A stretch of DNA of 64,000 bases from Phoronis australis (taxonomy: Eukaryota > Animalia > Phoronida). Below, piece after piece: positions 1 through 14,290 of the stretch (position 1 is its first letter; each line of letters begins with the position of its first letter). The notes beneath the pieces were generated by a model. The model ran no database searches. It was not told the origin of the DNA and saw only the letters and a list, made by a program, of their open reading frames with translations. The stretch covers positions 239,815-303,814 of the forward strand of contig NMRA01000524.1 of assembly GCA_002633005.1 (NCBI GenBank). The letters are read 5' to 3'. The position numbers were made by a program, and so were the translations under genes.

Positions 1-180
1 ACTTGCTTTCATCTGCAACAACAGTTTGTTTACCCCTAGCTGACATGTCACATTGAACAACTCCTGGGTAAGTCTTAGTTTGGAAACCCTTGTTGGCTGT
101 GGTTTCGTCTAAAAGTTGACGTCTGTATTTGAAAACCCTGGTAGAGTGCACCGCCACAATCATTTGATCATGTTCTTTGA

Positions 181-727
181 AGCTCGCCTCACAATAATTA
201 CAGTGAACTTGTTTTCTGAAAAAAAACAAAATCATTCGACAAAATATCTTCAACTAAAATAGTACGCTTGATGTACATGAAGTGCTCATGGCGACTATAT
301 GGTACTGTGCTATGCTATAGTTTAGTTTTTGATACGAAAAAAACAGTAATGACGCAAAGTACGATTAAATTATTGCACCACACTTGTTTTGTTGCCTTTT
401 TCACGTTTTACAAGTAAAAGTTCACTATTGCGTTCCCGATCGCATTAAAAAAACNAGCTCGCCTCACAATAATTACAGTGAACTTGTTTTCTGAAAAAAA
501 AAATCATTCGACAAAATATCTTCAACTAAAATAGTACGCTTGATGTACATGAAGTGCTCATGGCGACTATATGGTACTGTGCTATGCTATAGTTTAGTTT
601 TTGATACGAAAAAAACAGTAATGACGCAAAGTACGATTAAATTATTGCACCACACTTGTTTTGTTGCCTTTTTCACGTTTTACAAGTAAAAGTTCACTAT
701 TGCGTTCCCGATCGCATTAAAAAAACA
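181..727. repeat. ~274-bp near-identical tandem duplication joined by a single N (probable assembly/haplotype overlap)
   Basis: 181-454 is repeated at 456-~727 with N at 455; the only difference I saw is in an A-tract. Confidence 0.85.
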
Positions 728-1899
728 CAAATTCGCGTCCCCGTTCGCTCATCATTGCCTTCTCGATCGCTTTTTTCAATAGAAAAGTGTCGAAAAGTCA
801 GCGATGCTGACAAAACTACGAAAAACAAGCGTTGCGTTATATTTTCATACGTCATTTCACCATAACTTCAAAATTAATTTATTGATATAGTGCTAAAAAT
901 AACCACAATTTTCCAAAAGGACATACAAATCACCTTCGGCTTATGCGATGCTTCGGTTAACGTTAAACTGTTCTCCAATAATTGGAAGTCACTGGCCTAA
1001 ACCTCTTCCTGGCCTTCCTCAATATGTTACGCCTTGAATTCACGTCTGTTTTCATATTGAAAGTAAAAACGAAATTCATCAAATTTACTTACAACTGTCT
1101 GGCTTCGCTCCTCGCGCCAAATTTCGTTCTCGATCGCATTCTGGGCGTTTTTGATCGCGGGTTGGCCTTGGTGTTCACGCGGGACACGAAACTAGCGTGT
1201 TGGCGGACATGACACACTGGCGTTGGGTGTGCTCACACGTCACACTCATGTCCGTGGAGCTAAGAAACTTTCAATTGAATCCCCTTTTTCCATTTTCTCG
1301 TTTTTATGATATTTACGATTTTGATACGCAGTGCTATAAAGGAAGGTTTAATGATGCTGCAAATGCAGTCGTTTGTCAAAACAAGGTAAACGGTGGTTTG
1401 AAGCACTTTAAAGAATTAAAACAGAATCATCACTGATTGCTGAAACCAAGCTCATTAGAACATCACAGTCTAGAAATAACTTACAGAACTTATCTCAGTA
1501 ATTAGTTGATATGTGTAAATTTGCACTTTTGCTCAAATGAGCATTATTATTTAGAAACAGTCGTGTGAAGCGTAAGGCCAAATTTCAAACTCCAGTCGTC
1601 CGTTATTTTTCCTGAAACAGACCTCCATTGCATAAACGTTCTACGCTCTATAACAACAACCGACCGCGTTATTATTATAATTGAACAAGTCACATGAACA
1701 TTAATGTTATTTGGCGGATAAGTTTCTAAGTTTTGTGGAACCAAGACCCGGGATTTAATATTTTTGGCAATTTCCTCTTTACTTGTTGTACGAATCGATT
1801 AATATGTACTTGTCTATACTACAAATTTCGCAGATCACCGTGAACGCCAAATTCGCACTAAATGCTCCCTAGATTTAAGCTACAAACTCCAGTGTAGAC

Positions 1900-2297
1900 T
1901 CGAAATTATAGCTTAATGATAGGGTCATAGGTTACAAAATACGATTAGACAGTCTATCCACGTCTTGAGAATGGTATAGTGACAATAAACCGAAATGTCG
2001 ATTAATACAATATCTTTACTTACATATGCATTGTTTTTACAGTTCGTACTCATATTTTGGCCAAATTGTGATAAGAAATACCATAATCGAGCACGTACCT
2101 TGAGTTCTTAAAAAACGAGAACGAAAGCTGTTCAAAACTAATTTCAAAATTAGATCCCGAAATTTTGCATTCTATTTTTGTGTGAAATCGAGATAAGTGT
2201 TTATTTCTCTATGCTCGATTATATCAATTGCTTACGAGGATAACTGTCTAATCCTAGTTTGAGCATAATGACCACATCGTTGAGGCTAAAAGTTCGA
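1900..2297. mobile_element. Foldback/MITE-like element with ~90-bp degenerate inverted arms
   Basis: cgaaattatagcttaatgatagggtcat...gattagacagtctatcc (1900-1960) matches the reverse complement of ggataactgtctaatcc...atgaccacatcgttgaggctaaaagttcg (2238-2297). The adjacent 2325-2437 resembles 61040-61175. Confidence 0.5.
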
Positions 2298-5154
2298 ATT
2301 TAAACTCAAAATTTCGAGTTTTAACTCGAAATCTCGACTTCTTACTCGAGCTTTAGGTCGACCCTAAGGGTCACCAAAAGCGAACTTGCACTAGAATCTC
2401 ATTTGCATAAACTATGATGTACTAGAGCACAAAATAATAGGCGCTTACTAATACTGAGTTCGCACAAACGCCAAAAACATATAGACTAGAATTTTGCACC
2501 TTTCCATACTTATTTTATTTTATCTCTTCACATAACCATGTATCTTGCACTAGTTCACGTCCTTATTGCTCATTGCATATTAGTGTGTCTCTTACTTACT
2601 TCTCTCTGTATATATCTACATATACATTTTTTCCATCCAAGGAATTAATCAGTCTCCTTGTTAACCTGACCTATAACGCTGATGTGGTGTTTCTTCAGAT
2701 GGGCGGCGCTTTCAGCATTTGGCGTTTTTTGTCGTTCATCTTTGACATGTTAGAAAAAATAGTTTGATATACCTATTATATTATTAGTTTTGTACATTAT
2801 TACTTTATCTTACAATGAAGATTTAAACCACATTCTATTTTTCTAACTTATCAAACTGAGTCATGTAATTCATTAACATTCCACAGCCAATTGTCGTAGT
2901 ATACTTCTACTGAATTGAGATTTCATTTTTTGAAATAGTTGTGTGTACTGTAAGACAAAATTTCTGACTTAAGAGGCATGGAACGCGAAAGCTCGTCAAA
3001 AATATCTGTTAGAACATTCCTGACAAAAGTACCATCTCACAACGTCTACTACAGAGTCATTCAATTTCCCCTGTGAGGGAATTTCCAGGAAAAATCGCAA
3101 AATTCACGATTTTATAAATGCGCGCGAAAGAAAATACTCTGTAACAACCACACAGTTTCTAGTCTTCCTCCCTCTTATCACAAATGCGCGCATGCGCTCA
3201 CAGTCATTCGACAAGCAGCTGACTGACAAGGAGGATATTAACGGCGGATTATCATGTGTGATCGCAATTCGAATCCGAGGTCGACAGCACATTGTGAGAT
3301 AAGCCAGTTAAACAAGAAGTTTCCCAAAGAGAATTCTATGCGCATTTTAGAGTATATTTGAATACTACGATACCTTTGTAACTAATTTTAAACATCAATT
3401 GCTTCTTAATCGGGCTGCTCCTTGAAGACGCCAATGTTTTGATTACTTCAAATTTGAAAGGTCACGTTTTTTCATGTGAGAGAAATGTGCTACGTCTATG
3501 TCTTGCCTTACCAAATAAGGAGACGTACCATGCCTTGTGAGATAAAAATCGACGAAATGACAAGCAATTGACAGTTCTTTCTTATGAAATTTGAAAGTAA
3601 AACAAAAATTTTTGACATCAACTGAAATTTCAATTTTTTACGAGCAAATCGTAAGAATATCTGGTGAACATATTGAATTTTGTTTCCATGGCAGAGAAGC
3701 ACTTTCAATAATGCAACTTGGTGTTTTTCGCCAGGCCACCTCTTGACTCACTTTTAATGAAACAGAACTCTGGACTAAACTACATGTATAGTCTTCCACG
3801 TGCGGTGGTTTTTCGAACAAATCTACAAAATGTCCGAACTCAAAACAGTGCACTCCTCCTATGATTTGCAAATGATAACGCGCATAACACGTGTGCTTGA
3901 TATTTGCTACCCAGTGACTATAACAAATAGTCACGATGATCTAAAAATAAAGGTCGGCGATTAATTAACCGAAAAAGCAAACTGACCAAAAGATGGCGCG
4001 TAACAAGGGGAAGTATAGTAAACTGTAGTTTATTAGCTGAATGTCTGGGATGGGAAACTATTCTGGTGTCAGGAACAGGACGCAGTAGCTTTTTAAATTT
4101 CATGGCTCACGAATTTCAGTTATCCAAGGTCTGGGGGCCGCCTTCCGTGTTATACCCGCGGCGCGCAGCCGAGTTCTCCGTCGGGATTCAGGTGTACGGT
4201 AGGATATACGAAGGCAACTGACTGAATATAATCGTTTCTTTACTTTAATCTCAATTAAAATTAAATTATACTATTTGCGACATATCAAGCATTATTTCTG
4301 AAGTTATTTCTCATGTTGTTACATTCTAAGAGCGAATGCCTCTCTTACTGTTCAACCCAAGTCGTTAGAGATACCCAGTGGGAAATTGGAAATCTATTTA
4401 CTAAATCCAAATTGCAGTGTTCGCCCTACTCTTCCAAAATTGGGGTCCAATGGACCCACCTTCCAATATTTTTAGGGTCCGTTTGAAGTTTTTGGGGTCC
4501 ATGAAACTTATAGTCCCGAAATCTTTAAAAACACACTCGCAAAGTATGAAATAAGCTTTTACTTTTCATAATATTCGTGTGTTTCGACGCCATTTTTGTG
4601 ACTCTGTTATTGAATCTACTCCCTATAGGACCAATTGTAACAGGATATTCTGGCCAATATTGTGATGACTTACTTACGGAGTAACGATGTCACGTGTTCG
4701 GCTTCGGAAATGAAACAATCTAGATGTGCTGTTATGAACGAATTTAGGTACGGTATGGTAATCAAAGAAGAGAATCAAACAATTTTCAATTGTTTTTAGC
4801 TCTATTTATCACAAGCTTGGAACAAAAAGTTTCGTCTAAGGTGACGCCCTCATTTACGTCTTTCACACGAGTTTGGTTGTTTCAAACGACGGCAAAACAC
4901 AGCCTCGAGCGAACAATGAAAGTAGATTCAAATTTCAGAATTTTCTGTCTCCACTTGCCTGCAGTTTGCAATTCACGATCACCGGCAATAATGGGTGCTT
5001 TTTAATCCCGCTAAAACACCCATCGGTCTTCACCCGGAGTCTTCGCCTTTGCCGCCGTCTGCGTTATTTTTCATATTTTTCCATTCGATTTTTTATTTCA
5101 ATATTTTCGACTACAGTCTGAATGTCATTAAGTAATGTATGCAATTTTACTTAA

Positions 5155-5506
5155 AGGGGTACTAAGCCCGGTTCTGGCCTTATGAACAGATGTTAAACAC
5201 GACGTCCCTATCTTTAGTGTTCTGAAACAAATAATGCTCTGTAACCCTCGACGACCTCAATGTATCGAGCAAAATTTGAAAATATCTTGCAAAAAGTCTT
5301 CTAAACAGGGAAACGTGACCTACACTTTAGGCGAGTTACACAACTGCAGGAAAGGCCACCCACCAAGAACCACGTGACAAAGAAAGTACAAGTATGAGTT
5401 TTTATTAGAAACCTGCTTTTATCACTCAAGTGGGACGCCAATGGTGCATTAGCAGGTTGCAGAACGAGGATTAGTTGAAATCACCAAAACGGGGCCAAGC
5501 ATCCTT
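5155..5506. mobile_element. Non-autonomous DNA transposon flanked by TTAA (Kolobok-like)
   Basis: TTAA at 5151-5154 and 5507-5510; imperfect TIRs aggggtactaagcccggttctgg / ccaaaacggggccaagcatcctt. Confidence 0.5.
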
Positions 5507-6247
5507 TTAATTATTCAGATATTGTATGGTTGTTGTTAGGTCAAAGTCAAACGCATTTACCACAGCCGAATAGATAGCCTTATCTATTCAATGGTCCATG
5601 AATGAATCACACTTTAGACTTCGCAGTAAATCTAAAGTGTCCGAGTGTCACTTAGATTCAAATAGTGCCACGCGCGGCTTTTTAAGAAAAAAAAAAAGTA
5701 GACAGCAGTATTAAAATAAAGTACTTAAAACAGGTATGAAACATCTTTAAAGCCAACGTTCCTTTGGGAAGTGGCCCTTTGTCAAGATCAACGCAAATTA
5801 ACTTTTTAGTCTGTAATATTTAAAATGTACCAAGTTAAAACTGCTCTCCACATTACAGCCTTTACCTCTGTGCAAATGCCACAGTAAAACAAGTTGGGTG
5901 TAATAACTACCACCATTGATAAGAAAGTAGTTTTTTTCGGGGGGAGGGGGAATCAGAGCCATGACCAGTGTAAGCAAGAAATTATCCACATGATATCCAG
6001 GTTTAGGAGCCTTTTAAATAACACGCTTCGTTGCCTTGAACATGTGCATTGCATTTGCTCATCATTGGCATGGCAAAGAAAATAACTGTGGTGCGTAGAC
6101 ATTCTTATTATTAAACTTCCAAATGTACATTAGAAGTAAAACTAAACTTGAAATTCATCTGCCACGTCTTTGACTTGAAGATTACCAGTGTGCAATTCTA
6201 GATAATATTCTGAAAGATAAAGAAACTTTATGTGGTCAAAAGGTAAC

Positions 6248-7320
6248 AACAAGTCGACAATAGATGCTCAACTGCCAAATTTTATGAAAATCCGTTGATG
6301 ACCTTTTAAGATACAGAAGTGAACGTAAAAAAATTAAAATTGCCACTAGGGGACATACCGGTAGCCCATACGTCCGAAAGTCATCATCCTCTGTTGCCAA
6401 CTTACCAAATACACCAGCAAAATTCAATAAAGATCCTGTAGAGCATTTAGGAGATACAGCCATAGGAGCAAAAATAAACAAAACTGCCACTAGGAGGAGC
6501 CATAGTTGTCCAAGTCAGAGGACGCCAAAACCCGGACTCGAAAACAGTAAAAATGGCCACCAGGTGGCGCAAAGTACCCCAAATCCGTCTGAAAACGGAA
6601 AGATCACATCATCTCACTAATAGATGCCTAACTGCCAAATTTTAAGAAAATCCACCGAGGACCTCCAAATCTACAGAAGGCAGGGTAAAAAAATTATAAT
6701 TGCCACTAGGGGGTACACCAGTAGTCCAAGACGTTCCAAACTCGTTGTCATCCGTCGTCAGCTTCTTGGATACACATCTTCCAAACTAAGATCCTGTGAG
6801 GGTTTAGGGAGACGCCACAGTTGTCGAAGTGGTCGGAAAATCATCGTCAGTCGTCCTCTTCACAGTAAGGCCACAATATACCAATTTTCAAAATCATCGC
6901 TAGTAGAGCGGTTTGGTTGACAGAACGGCGGACGCCAACTAAAAACGGAATCAAAAACAGTAAAACTGGCCACTAGATGGCGCAAAGTACCTCGAATCCG
7001 ACCGAAAATGGGAAGATGGCATCACCTCGCTAATAGATGCCTAACTGCCAAATTATATGAAAATCCGTTAAGGACCTCCGAAGATACAAAGGTAAGCGTA
7101 AAAAACTAAATTGCCACTAGGGGGCACACCGGTGGTCGGAGAGATCCGAAATTCGTCGTCGTCCGTCGTCAGCTTCATAGAAACACATCTGCCAAATCTC
7201 ATTAAGATCCTCTGAAGGGTTTAGGAGATAGTGCTGCGGACGCCCGACGACGGACGCCGGACGCCCAGACAGAGATGACGGCAATATGCGATCACATATA
7301 AACATGTGGGCGCATAAAAA
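6248..7320 (+). mobile_element. HINE/DINE-1-like (Helentron-associated) element with internal tandem repeats, copy 1
   Basis: Starts aacaag. The block aatagatgc(c/t)..actgccaaatt...gaaaatcc recurs at ~6258, ~6618 and ~7031. A ggacg-rich microsatellite-like tract lies at 7238-7270, followed by a 3' hairpin (cacat...atgtg) and cataaaaa. This layout is typical of HINE-type elements. Confidence 0.6.
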
Positions 7321-9251
7321 TTAGTATAATGTTCCATATCAAATACTTTCCGTTGATGAACATATTCTTTGTAGGAAACACAACCAGGCAAAAAGAAAAG
7401 TTACGCATCACGAATATGGTAAAGTAGAAGTGCTTTTGCTCATTATAAAAGAAACTAAAAATGAATATCATTGTAGCTTCTGACAGAAATAAGCCAGATG
7501 AATGTAACAAAAGAAGCAATAACACCAAATGAAGAAGAAGTTAATGAAAAGCAAAAGGTTTAGACAAAGCCATGGCATGCAGTGAGTCTATCAGGTTAGA
7601 CACAAAATTACTAGACTGTCAGCAATAAGATGAAGTAATAATTACATGTTATTAACATTAGTTAAATGCTGTATTGACCAAGTGTTCCTTTGTATGGTAT
7701 GTACTAAAAATGACTTTGATTAATGAGAAGATGGTTTAACTATTTGGAAGAGCAAATTATATCCGATTACACAGAGCATTTATTCAATCCTAGTTCGAGT
7801 ATGATACTGAATATGATAGCTGAACCTGTTTGTCTAAATGCTCCTACTCATACTCTGAAGTTCCATTATGGTATTGGCAGATTCATCAAAGTGATCTTAA
7901 AAAGAGTGAAGCAGGAGACAAAATGATGATACTTCCAGGAACACTACTTGATACATTCATATACTTACTTAACCAGTCGTGGTAGAAGAGAAGACACAAG
8001 TATAGCTCCATCAAATATTTTCCCGAAATTACAAGCTCTTTTTAAAAATGTAATTGCCCCTTACAGGTGCATGACATTTGACAAAAATCAAAGAGGAGCA
8101 GTCTTAATTAAAAGAGAAGCATGTGAGTGCATTAAAGGACCTCCTTGCAGTCCTTCAAAATTTTAATCATTACTAAAAGGTTATACCTTTTGAGTATTGC
8201 CGCGAATTTAAAACAAATATTGCCATTGCACTCAGATTGCTAATCCAAATTCCAGAATGATGAAGACATTATTTTGTGTGAATCGTCATTCCGACTAAGA
8301 TGGCAGCCAGATTACTGCATACTGACTGGTAGTGATACGTCAAATTCATCCCAAAATGCAAAGAAGCGATCACCAACGTAACAGAAAGTTGTAAACCACA
8401 ATAAAAGCTATCAAAGAACTCTGAAGATACAGATAAAAGCATAAAAAATAAAATTGCCCACAAAGATCCTAAGAAGGTTAAGAAGACATAACCGTAAACA
8501 GAATAAAAGCCACTAGGGGACGTCAAAGTAGTGGAACTCGTCTGACTATCAACGTCAGTCGTGCCCATCTCATAAGAAACAGATCTGCCAATTTTCACAA
8601 CGATCCTCCACGTGGTTGGCGGATAGAGAGTTAGACGCCAAAATGGGCTTAAAAATGTTACAATTCCGCCAAGGAGGCGCATGATACATAAAATCTGTCC
8701 CAAAATAAAAAAGGCATTTTCGTCACCCTAAGACAAACGTTTGGTCAAGTTCCATGAAAACCCATCAATTAAACATACACAGGAAATTTAAAAACAGCAA
8801 AACTGCCACTAGGGGCAGATTGGAACGAAACTCGTCATCATCTGTTGTCAACTCCATAGAAACACATGGCCATATTTCACAAAGTTCCTGCATAGGATTA
8901 CGGAGGTACAGCCGTAGACACAAAATGAAACAAAATCTCCACTAGGAGGCATCAGAATAGTCAAACACACCCGAAACTTAACGTCAACTACGCTCTCATA
9001 AGAAATACATCACCCAATTTTCATAACGATCCTACAATCTGTTTGGCAGATAGAAAGACCGTCGCCAAAAACGAACTCGAACATAAAAGACGGCTACAAG
9101 GTGGCGCAGAATCGTCAAAGACATACGAAAGTGTAAAGGTGTCGTCGCCTTCATAATAAAAATCTGTTTGCCTATTTCATGTAAATCTATCCAAGGATGA
9201 TGAAGATAAAGAGGCAACCGTAAAAAATTAAAACTGCCACTAAGGGGACAG
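6343..9251 (+). promoter_or_regulatory. Cluster of ~12 co-oriented CTCF-consensus-like motifs (CCASYAGRKGGCRC)
   Basis: Perfect cores at 6557 (ccaccaggtggcgc), 6970 (ccactagatggcgc) and 7114 (ccactagggggcac). Near matches at 6343, 6487, 6703, 8510, 8666, 8806, 8939, 9094 and 9237. Sequence match only; binding not shown. Confidence 0.45.
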
Positions 9252-9362
9252 CGGTAGTCGGATCGGTCCGAAATCATCCGTTGTCACAGTGATAGAAACT
9301 GACCTGCCAAATCTCGTGACCTTGCAAGAGGTTGAGGAGATACAGCTGCGGACGCCCGGACA
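8440..9362 (+). repeat. Second, more diverged array of the same repeat family
   Basis: Shares catagaaacacat..gccaaat, aagatcct and gccactagggg motifs with copy 1, and ends gagata.agctgcggacgccc as at 7227-7245. Confidence 0.65.
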
Positions 9363-11039
9363 ATTCCAGTGTTCAGTACAATGTTCGGTTTGAAAGAGGC
9401 GAGATACTTCTGACGTTCTAGTAGTTTTAATTTTGTGAGTATTGCCCAGCAGACCAGTACAGTGAAGTTTCCGGGATATATTCAAAGATATACTTAACCA
9501 CTCGCCCAATGCAAGTGAAAATGGTGCTGGGCGAGTAGAAGTTGACTTGCCGGTCGCCCAGGGGGCGAGTGAATTTTCAGAGCGCAAAGGCACTATATCG
9601 TTTCCCAGATGAACATGAATAAATTTTCTCCTCCTTGTGCTGTTTTTATTATGAATCTAAGGTTCAAATTGGTGAGAGTGTCGATGCTCCCGCAGTAAAA
9701 CACATCGAGCAGTGCGTTCCTACCGATTCAATAGAGGTCACACGTTACGCGATTCGTCTAGACAAAAGATCAGTGTGTGGTCGTGCACAAAAGAATTTGT
9801 GGACTAGTCCGAAACGAAGAAACGAGAGGAAAGGCGGAAGACCGACCCATGAGCTCAAAGCAAGTGAAATACTATATTTCTTGGAAATGATTTCTTATTG
9901 TAATGTACAATGTTATTTTAGCCAAAATTATTTTATAAATAATAACATTCGTCCCAATGAGCGCCCAAGCCCCTATAAGCGCCCACCCTCGTTTTCAGAT
10001 GTCGTTAAAATAAGCGCCCAGTCCATGAACGTGTACATGCCTCACCCACAGTTCTAAAATTCTACAGTCACGTCTTCAATTCATCAATGATATCCGACAG
10101 TCCTGAAAAATCATAGTGTGCGGAATTTCTAGACCAAGAGTCTCGCCGCTATGTCGGTATTTAGCCGTGGCTGTACACTTCAAACTTCCGCAGTGCTTCA
10201 AAAGGAACGCAAAAGTCTCGCTGATCTTGCGAGGAACGTGTCCCACTATGGTCATGCCTTTCAGAACAGACGCAGGGTACTTGTCAACGGATTTTATTAT
10301 ATCTTTCCCGTACAGATATCACCCCAGCCAACCCGCGATCGAGAACGCACGGATAAGGCGATCGAGAACGGGACCTTGCACCAAAAATGGCAGCCGACAG
10401 AGACGTGCCTGGCGAGTTTAAGTGTCATTTCTGCTTAAATAGAGGCTACTTTGACACAAATGATGCACACAGACAAGCGTTAGAGTGTAACCTTTGTTGT
10501 GGATCTGAAATAATACTTGGCTTTTGCTTATTTTTTAAAATAAAGAGCTCAGCTTTCGATAAAATGCCTTGCGCCTCGTGAAATCGACAATTTCTACTTG
10601 TTATTAGTAATTCCACGATTTTTAAGAAGAGATGTGTGAAATTTATAGTTTAATCGTCCCTGGTGACACCTTTGTTAGTGATTTGTGAAACAATTTGAGA
10701 TATTTACCAAAACAAGCAGGTCCGTGTGTGAGACGGCGATCGGGAACGAAGTCGTTTATTCTCTATGGCGATCGTGAACGCACATTTTTTTCTCTGCGTT
10801 GGCCCAATTAGTCGTTCAAGTTACGGTATAATGTCAATAATTTTGGTATAACACGGAGCCTGACTTAGTTGATTATTGTGTTTTTTCATGATTTCTAAGT
10901 GAGATTTATCCTAACAAACATAGGTTAACTGAATGCGTTTGGTTTTTTTCAGTTGAATTGTAACCACATCACGTGTCCTTCAAGGTGTTAACTTTCACGC
11001 CTTCAAAAAAGAGTAGTACAGCTGCTGCATGTCAAAAAG

Positions 11040-11315
11040 GAGTGCGTGTGTATGTTGTGGAGCTTCGTTTAGGAACTAAGAAATTGACTTAGAATGACCA
11101 CATGGCAATAAAACACAGTGACCCACTACAACAAGCAAGACCTTTAACAGCCCTGTGATTGACGCGTTGCATGTGTCAAGAGTTTTTTACCAATATAGGA
11201 AAACACAACATGAAGCACCATGCTCGGGAACCAAGTCGATTCAGTGTCCTATCTGTGATCAATGTTTCACGGAAAGAGTGAGCCTGACGAGACACTGTGT
11301 CACAGCACGAGGACA
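11040..11315 (+). pseudogene. Degenerate C2H2 zinc-finger remnant, possibly transposon-derived
   Basis: CPICDQCFTERVSLTRHCVTARGH in ORF 11155-11502; broken finger-like segments upstream (CCGASFRN followed by stops). Confidence 0.35.
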
Positions 11316-11369
11316 CTCCCTTTTTGTGGTGAATGTGGCATGTCATAAAAAACAGTGGAGGTGGTCTGA

Positions 11370-11822
11370 TGTCATTTGCGGTGCATCAGACGTGCGCAGG
11401 TCTCATGGTTGGGCCCATTGCACAAAACACCTAAGCAAAAGCACCAGAGCCCAATTACGGCTCCTTGTGAAGAAACTTTTCAAGTCTACCAGTCTCCTTT
11501 AGGAAAACGGACAGACGTTTCTATTTGTTGCCATGCACTATATGTTGTAGGCATGTAACAGTGCTATCCAGTAGGTTGCTCCTTAGCCTATAAAAAGCTG
11601 GGCAAGACTCTACCAGGTGTTTAGGAGATTCTACGTCAGTACCACACTCGGGACACACAGGGCTCCCCATATGCCCAGTAATGTGTCTGTGTCGGGCTAG
11701 GTTGCAGTGGCCCGTCAAAATTTGAATGACGTGTCTTATACCCAATCTATCTAGACTCAGAAGGCTTTTTGAACCTTTTGGTTCGATTACGTATGTAAAA
11801 TTCTCCTTGGTCTCTCTGCAGG
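11370..11822 (-). mobile_element. 3' fragment of a non-LTR retrotransposon ORF2 (I-group, Loa-like) with C-terminal CCHC zinc knuckle
   Basis: IQILTGHCNLARHRHITGHMGSPVCPECGTDVESPKHLVESCPAF fits the LTGH...CxxC...ExxxHxxxxCP ORF2 C-terminal signature. Confidence 0.75.
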
Positions 11823-12728
11823 AGTTAAAGGCGAAGGCAACCCTTTTTCATGTCTCTTTTAGCAAAAATAAGGTTCGTTGATTATCAAAGACATATTTTC
11901 CACTTAATTACAACTTTTCGTAATTTAATTAATTATTCGTTCCCTACTCCGGAAGTGACGTTTTGGGAGGCAACCATTTCGCGCCAATTTCTTTTCATAT
12001 AGTCTGACTGTGAGAGCTGCAGACTTCAAAACAAACGTCACGTTACAACAACATGTGTGTTCGTCCATTTTTTTCGTGTTGCGAGGTGCGATCTAGCGCA
12101 AATTTGGACTTAATCTGCGGTAAATCCCGACTCCACAGGAACTTAAAAATCTTAGGGGCGCTATTTGTAAAACTTAAGGAGTGTTCAGGTAATTTATTGA
12201 GTCGAAACTGTACTTTTACTCAAGAATTCAAGTTGAGTTATCGGTGATCGCGAGACAGCGACGCATTAGTTTTCGCCCTGGGATTTCCATTCAGCACATT
12301 TTTTAAAAAAAGATCGTAATTTAACAACAAAATTTGATAGCAATGCACCACAGTTTTGTAGAAAGTCTGTCATAGGTTACAGATGCGACACAGCGCGTAA
12401 ATTTTGATGAATCCTAGCTTCCGATTTCACCCGTTTCAGTCGGAGACCGGGTTTCAACCGCCTTAGGCTAAAACAAGCGCCCCCTTCCGAAACGAATTTT
12501 TCTAAGGACGATGAGCCCTTATTGGGGTGAATACGGTAGCCCCTAATAGATGGTGACATCAACGCACGAAACGATGATTTTTATTGACACTGGCAGCAAG
12601 TTTGTGGTGACAGACGCAAACGACCGGGCTACTGAACTTCGGGCTGGGCGATTAGATTTTCTGGCTCACTCGCGCAGCTGGCGAGCAGAGTTTTGAACTC
12701 TGGGTATATCCCTGATTATTGTATAAGC

Positions 12729-13046
12729 CAGTGGCGGATTTAGGGGGGGGNNNNNNGGGGGGGGGGGGGGCATGGCATCCCCAAAATTCTCCCAGATACC
12801 ATTTGGGAATTCGGGGTGCGAATTGCCGACTAGCATATGCCCGCACCCAGGGAGCTCGGGAGGCGATTGCACAATGCATAGGCCTTTAACAAGGCTCGTT
12901 TACCGTTTTTTTTAATAATAAGGTCAACCAACCCAAAAATTCGAGACCCTCGCATCCCTACATTTTAGGCTGGACGCGCGCGTGTGGCGAAATTCTGGTT
13001 ATTCCTGCGCCCTGCCCCCCAAATCAAAATCCTGGATCCGCCTATG
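12729..13046 (+). mobile_element. G-tract MITE with 5-bp TSD (hAT5-like)
   Basis: TIRs cagtggcggat / atccgcctatg; TAAGC at 12724-12728 and 13047-13051. Confidence 0.8.
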
Positions 13047-14290
13047 TAAGCAACTATATTTTATGAATACATTAAGCGTTGCACTTGCGGTGACCCCCGA
13101 TGAGAACGCGCAATCTCGCTAGAGAAGTTCGAACTCCACAGAGTCTAGAGACAAAAATTGAGGACGTTGTTTGAGAGAACCCACCTGTTAATCACGTGGC
13201 GCCGTTCGTTTCACTAGTTAGCTTCTCGTAGTCTTTTCTGAGCTCCTCCAATGTTTCTGGAAAAGAACATAATACACATTGTCACCTCGGATGCTTGATA
13301 GATACATGTACAACGTCACCTAGATGTATAATGACGACGACGACAACAACCTGCACGGTCATTAACTTAGCGCTCTTTCAAAGATAGCCAGTGTACACTT
13401 GTCAAGAAAATCGCTTTCCCCGTGTATATTTGACATCATTTGGCTGAAGTATTGCAACACTTTTCTCAACAGCAAGTAACAGTGGTACCAGAAAATCGGT
13501 ATGAGAATTGGAATGCACATTTTTGTTTTAGTTTTCTAGTCATCAGCCAGACTTTTTAATTACGTTGGAATGTAACCACCAATAAAAGTCAACATTGTTT
13601 GGCCACTGTAATTACCTGTCACTAACTTCAACTGATCCTGCCCACCTGAGCTTTCAGATGAACAAAAGTCAAGCTGAAATCAAAGTGAAACACATCCCGT
13701 TTGTGGCGAAGAATTTTGACGTTGAAGCAATTGGTGTACTCCGTTAGTTCAACTCTCGTATGTAATAAGGAACGTTATCGCGCTGTGTTGACAGGCACAC
13801 CCCGTGTGTATTGCATGTAGTGCAGATACGAAAAATGACCATTATTGCAAACATTCCCAGAGAAATGCTAGTTAAACTAGTAATATCCTATGGAGAGGGG
13901 AAGGGGTGCAAAGCAAGTTGCAAATTTTCTCCTCGATTGGGACACATCTGTCACCTTTCACCACGAAGTTTGGAGGACGGAGGCAGTCGACAAAGGACAC
14001 AAAAACAACAGAAACGCCACTAGCTTGTGTGCAACGTAAGTCAAATCCGTCTTAAACGAGGCAGGTGCTGCAGTTTACGTGATAGTACTGTAACTTAAAA
14101 ACAACACGAGGAACGCAAGTTTATTCTTAGTTACAATATACTCCAAAGTCAAACGATTTAGGTTCAGTTTTAAACCAACTTCAATGTTAATAAATAATCC
14201 CAAAGGAAAAAGATATTACAACCTTAGTTTAACATCAACTGCATTAGTGCAGCATCTAACTGTACCTCTAATTGAAAGGAATTATATTCT

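Noticed and set aside
181-727. Perfect tandem duplication as a biological repeat
   Set aside because: Joined by a single N and almost identical, typical of a contig overlap.
4414-4505. hAT-like left end with gggtcc subterminal repeats
   Set aside because: No matching right end or TSD found.
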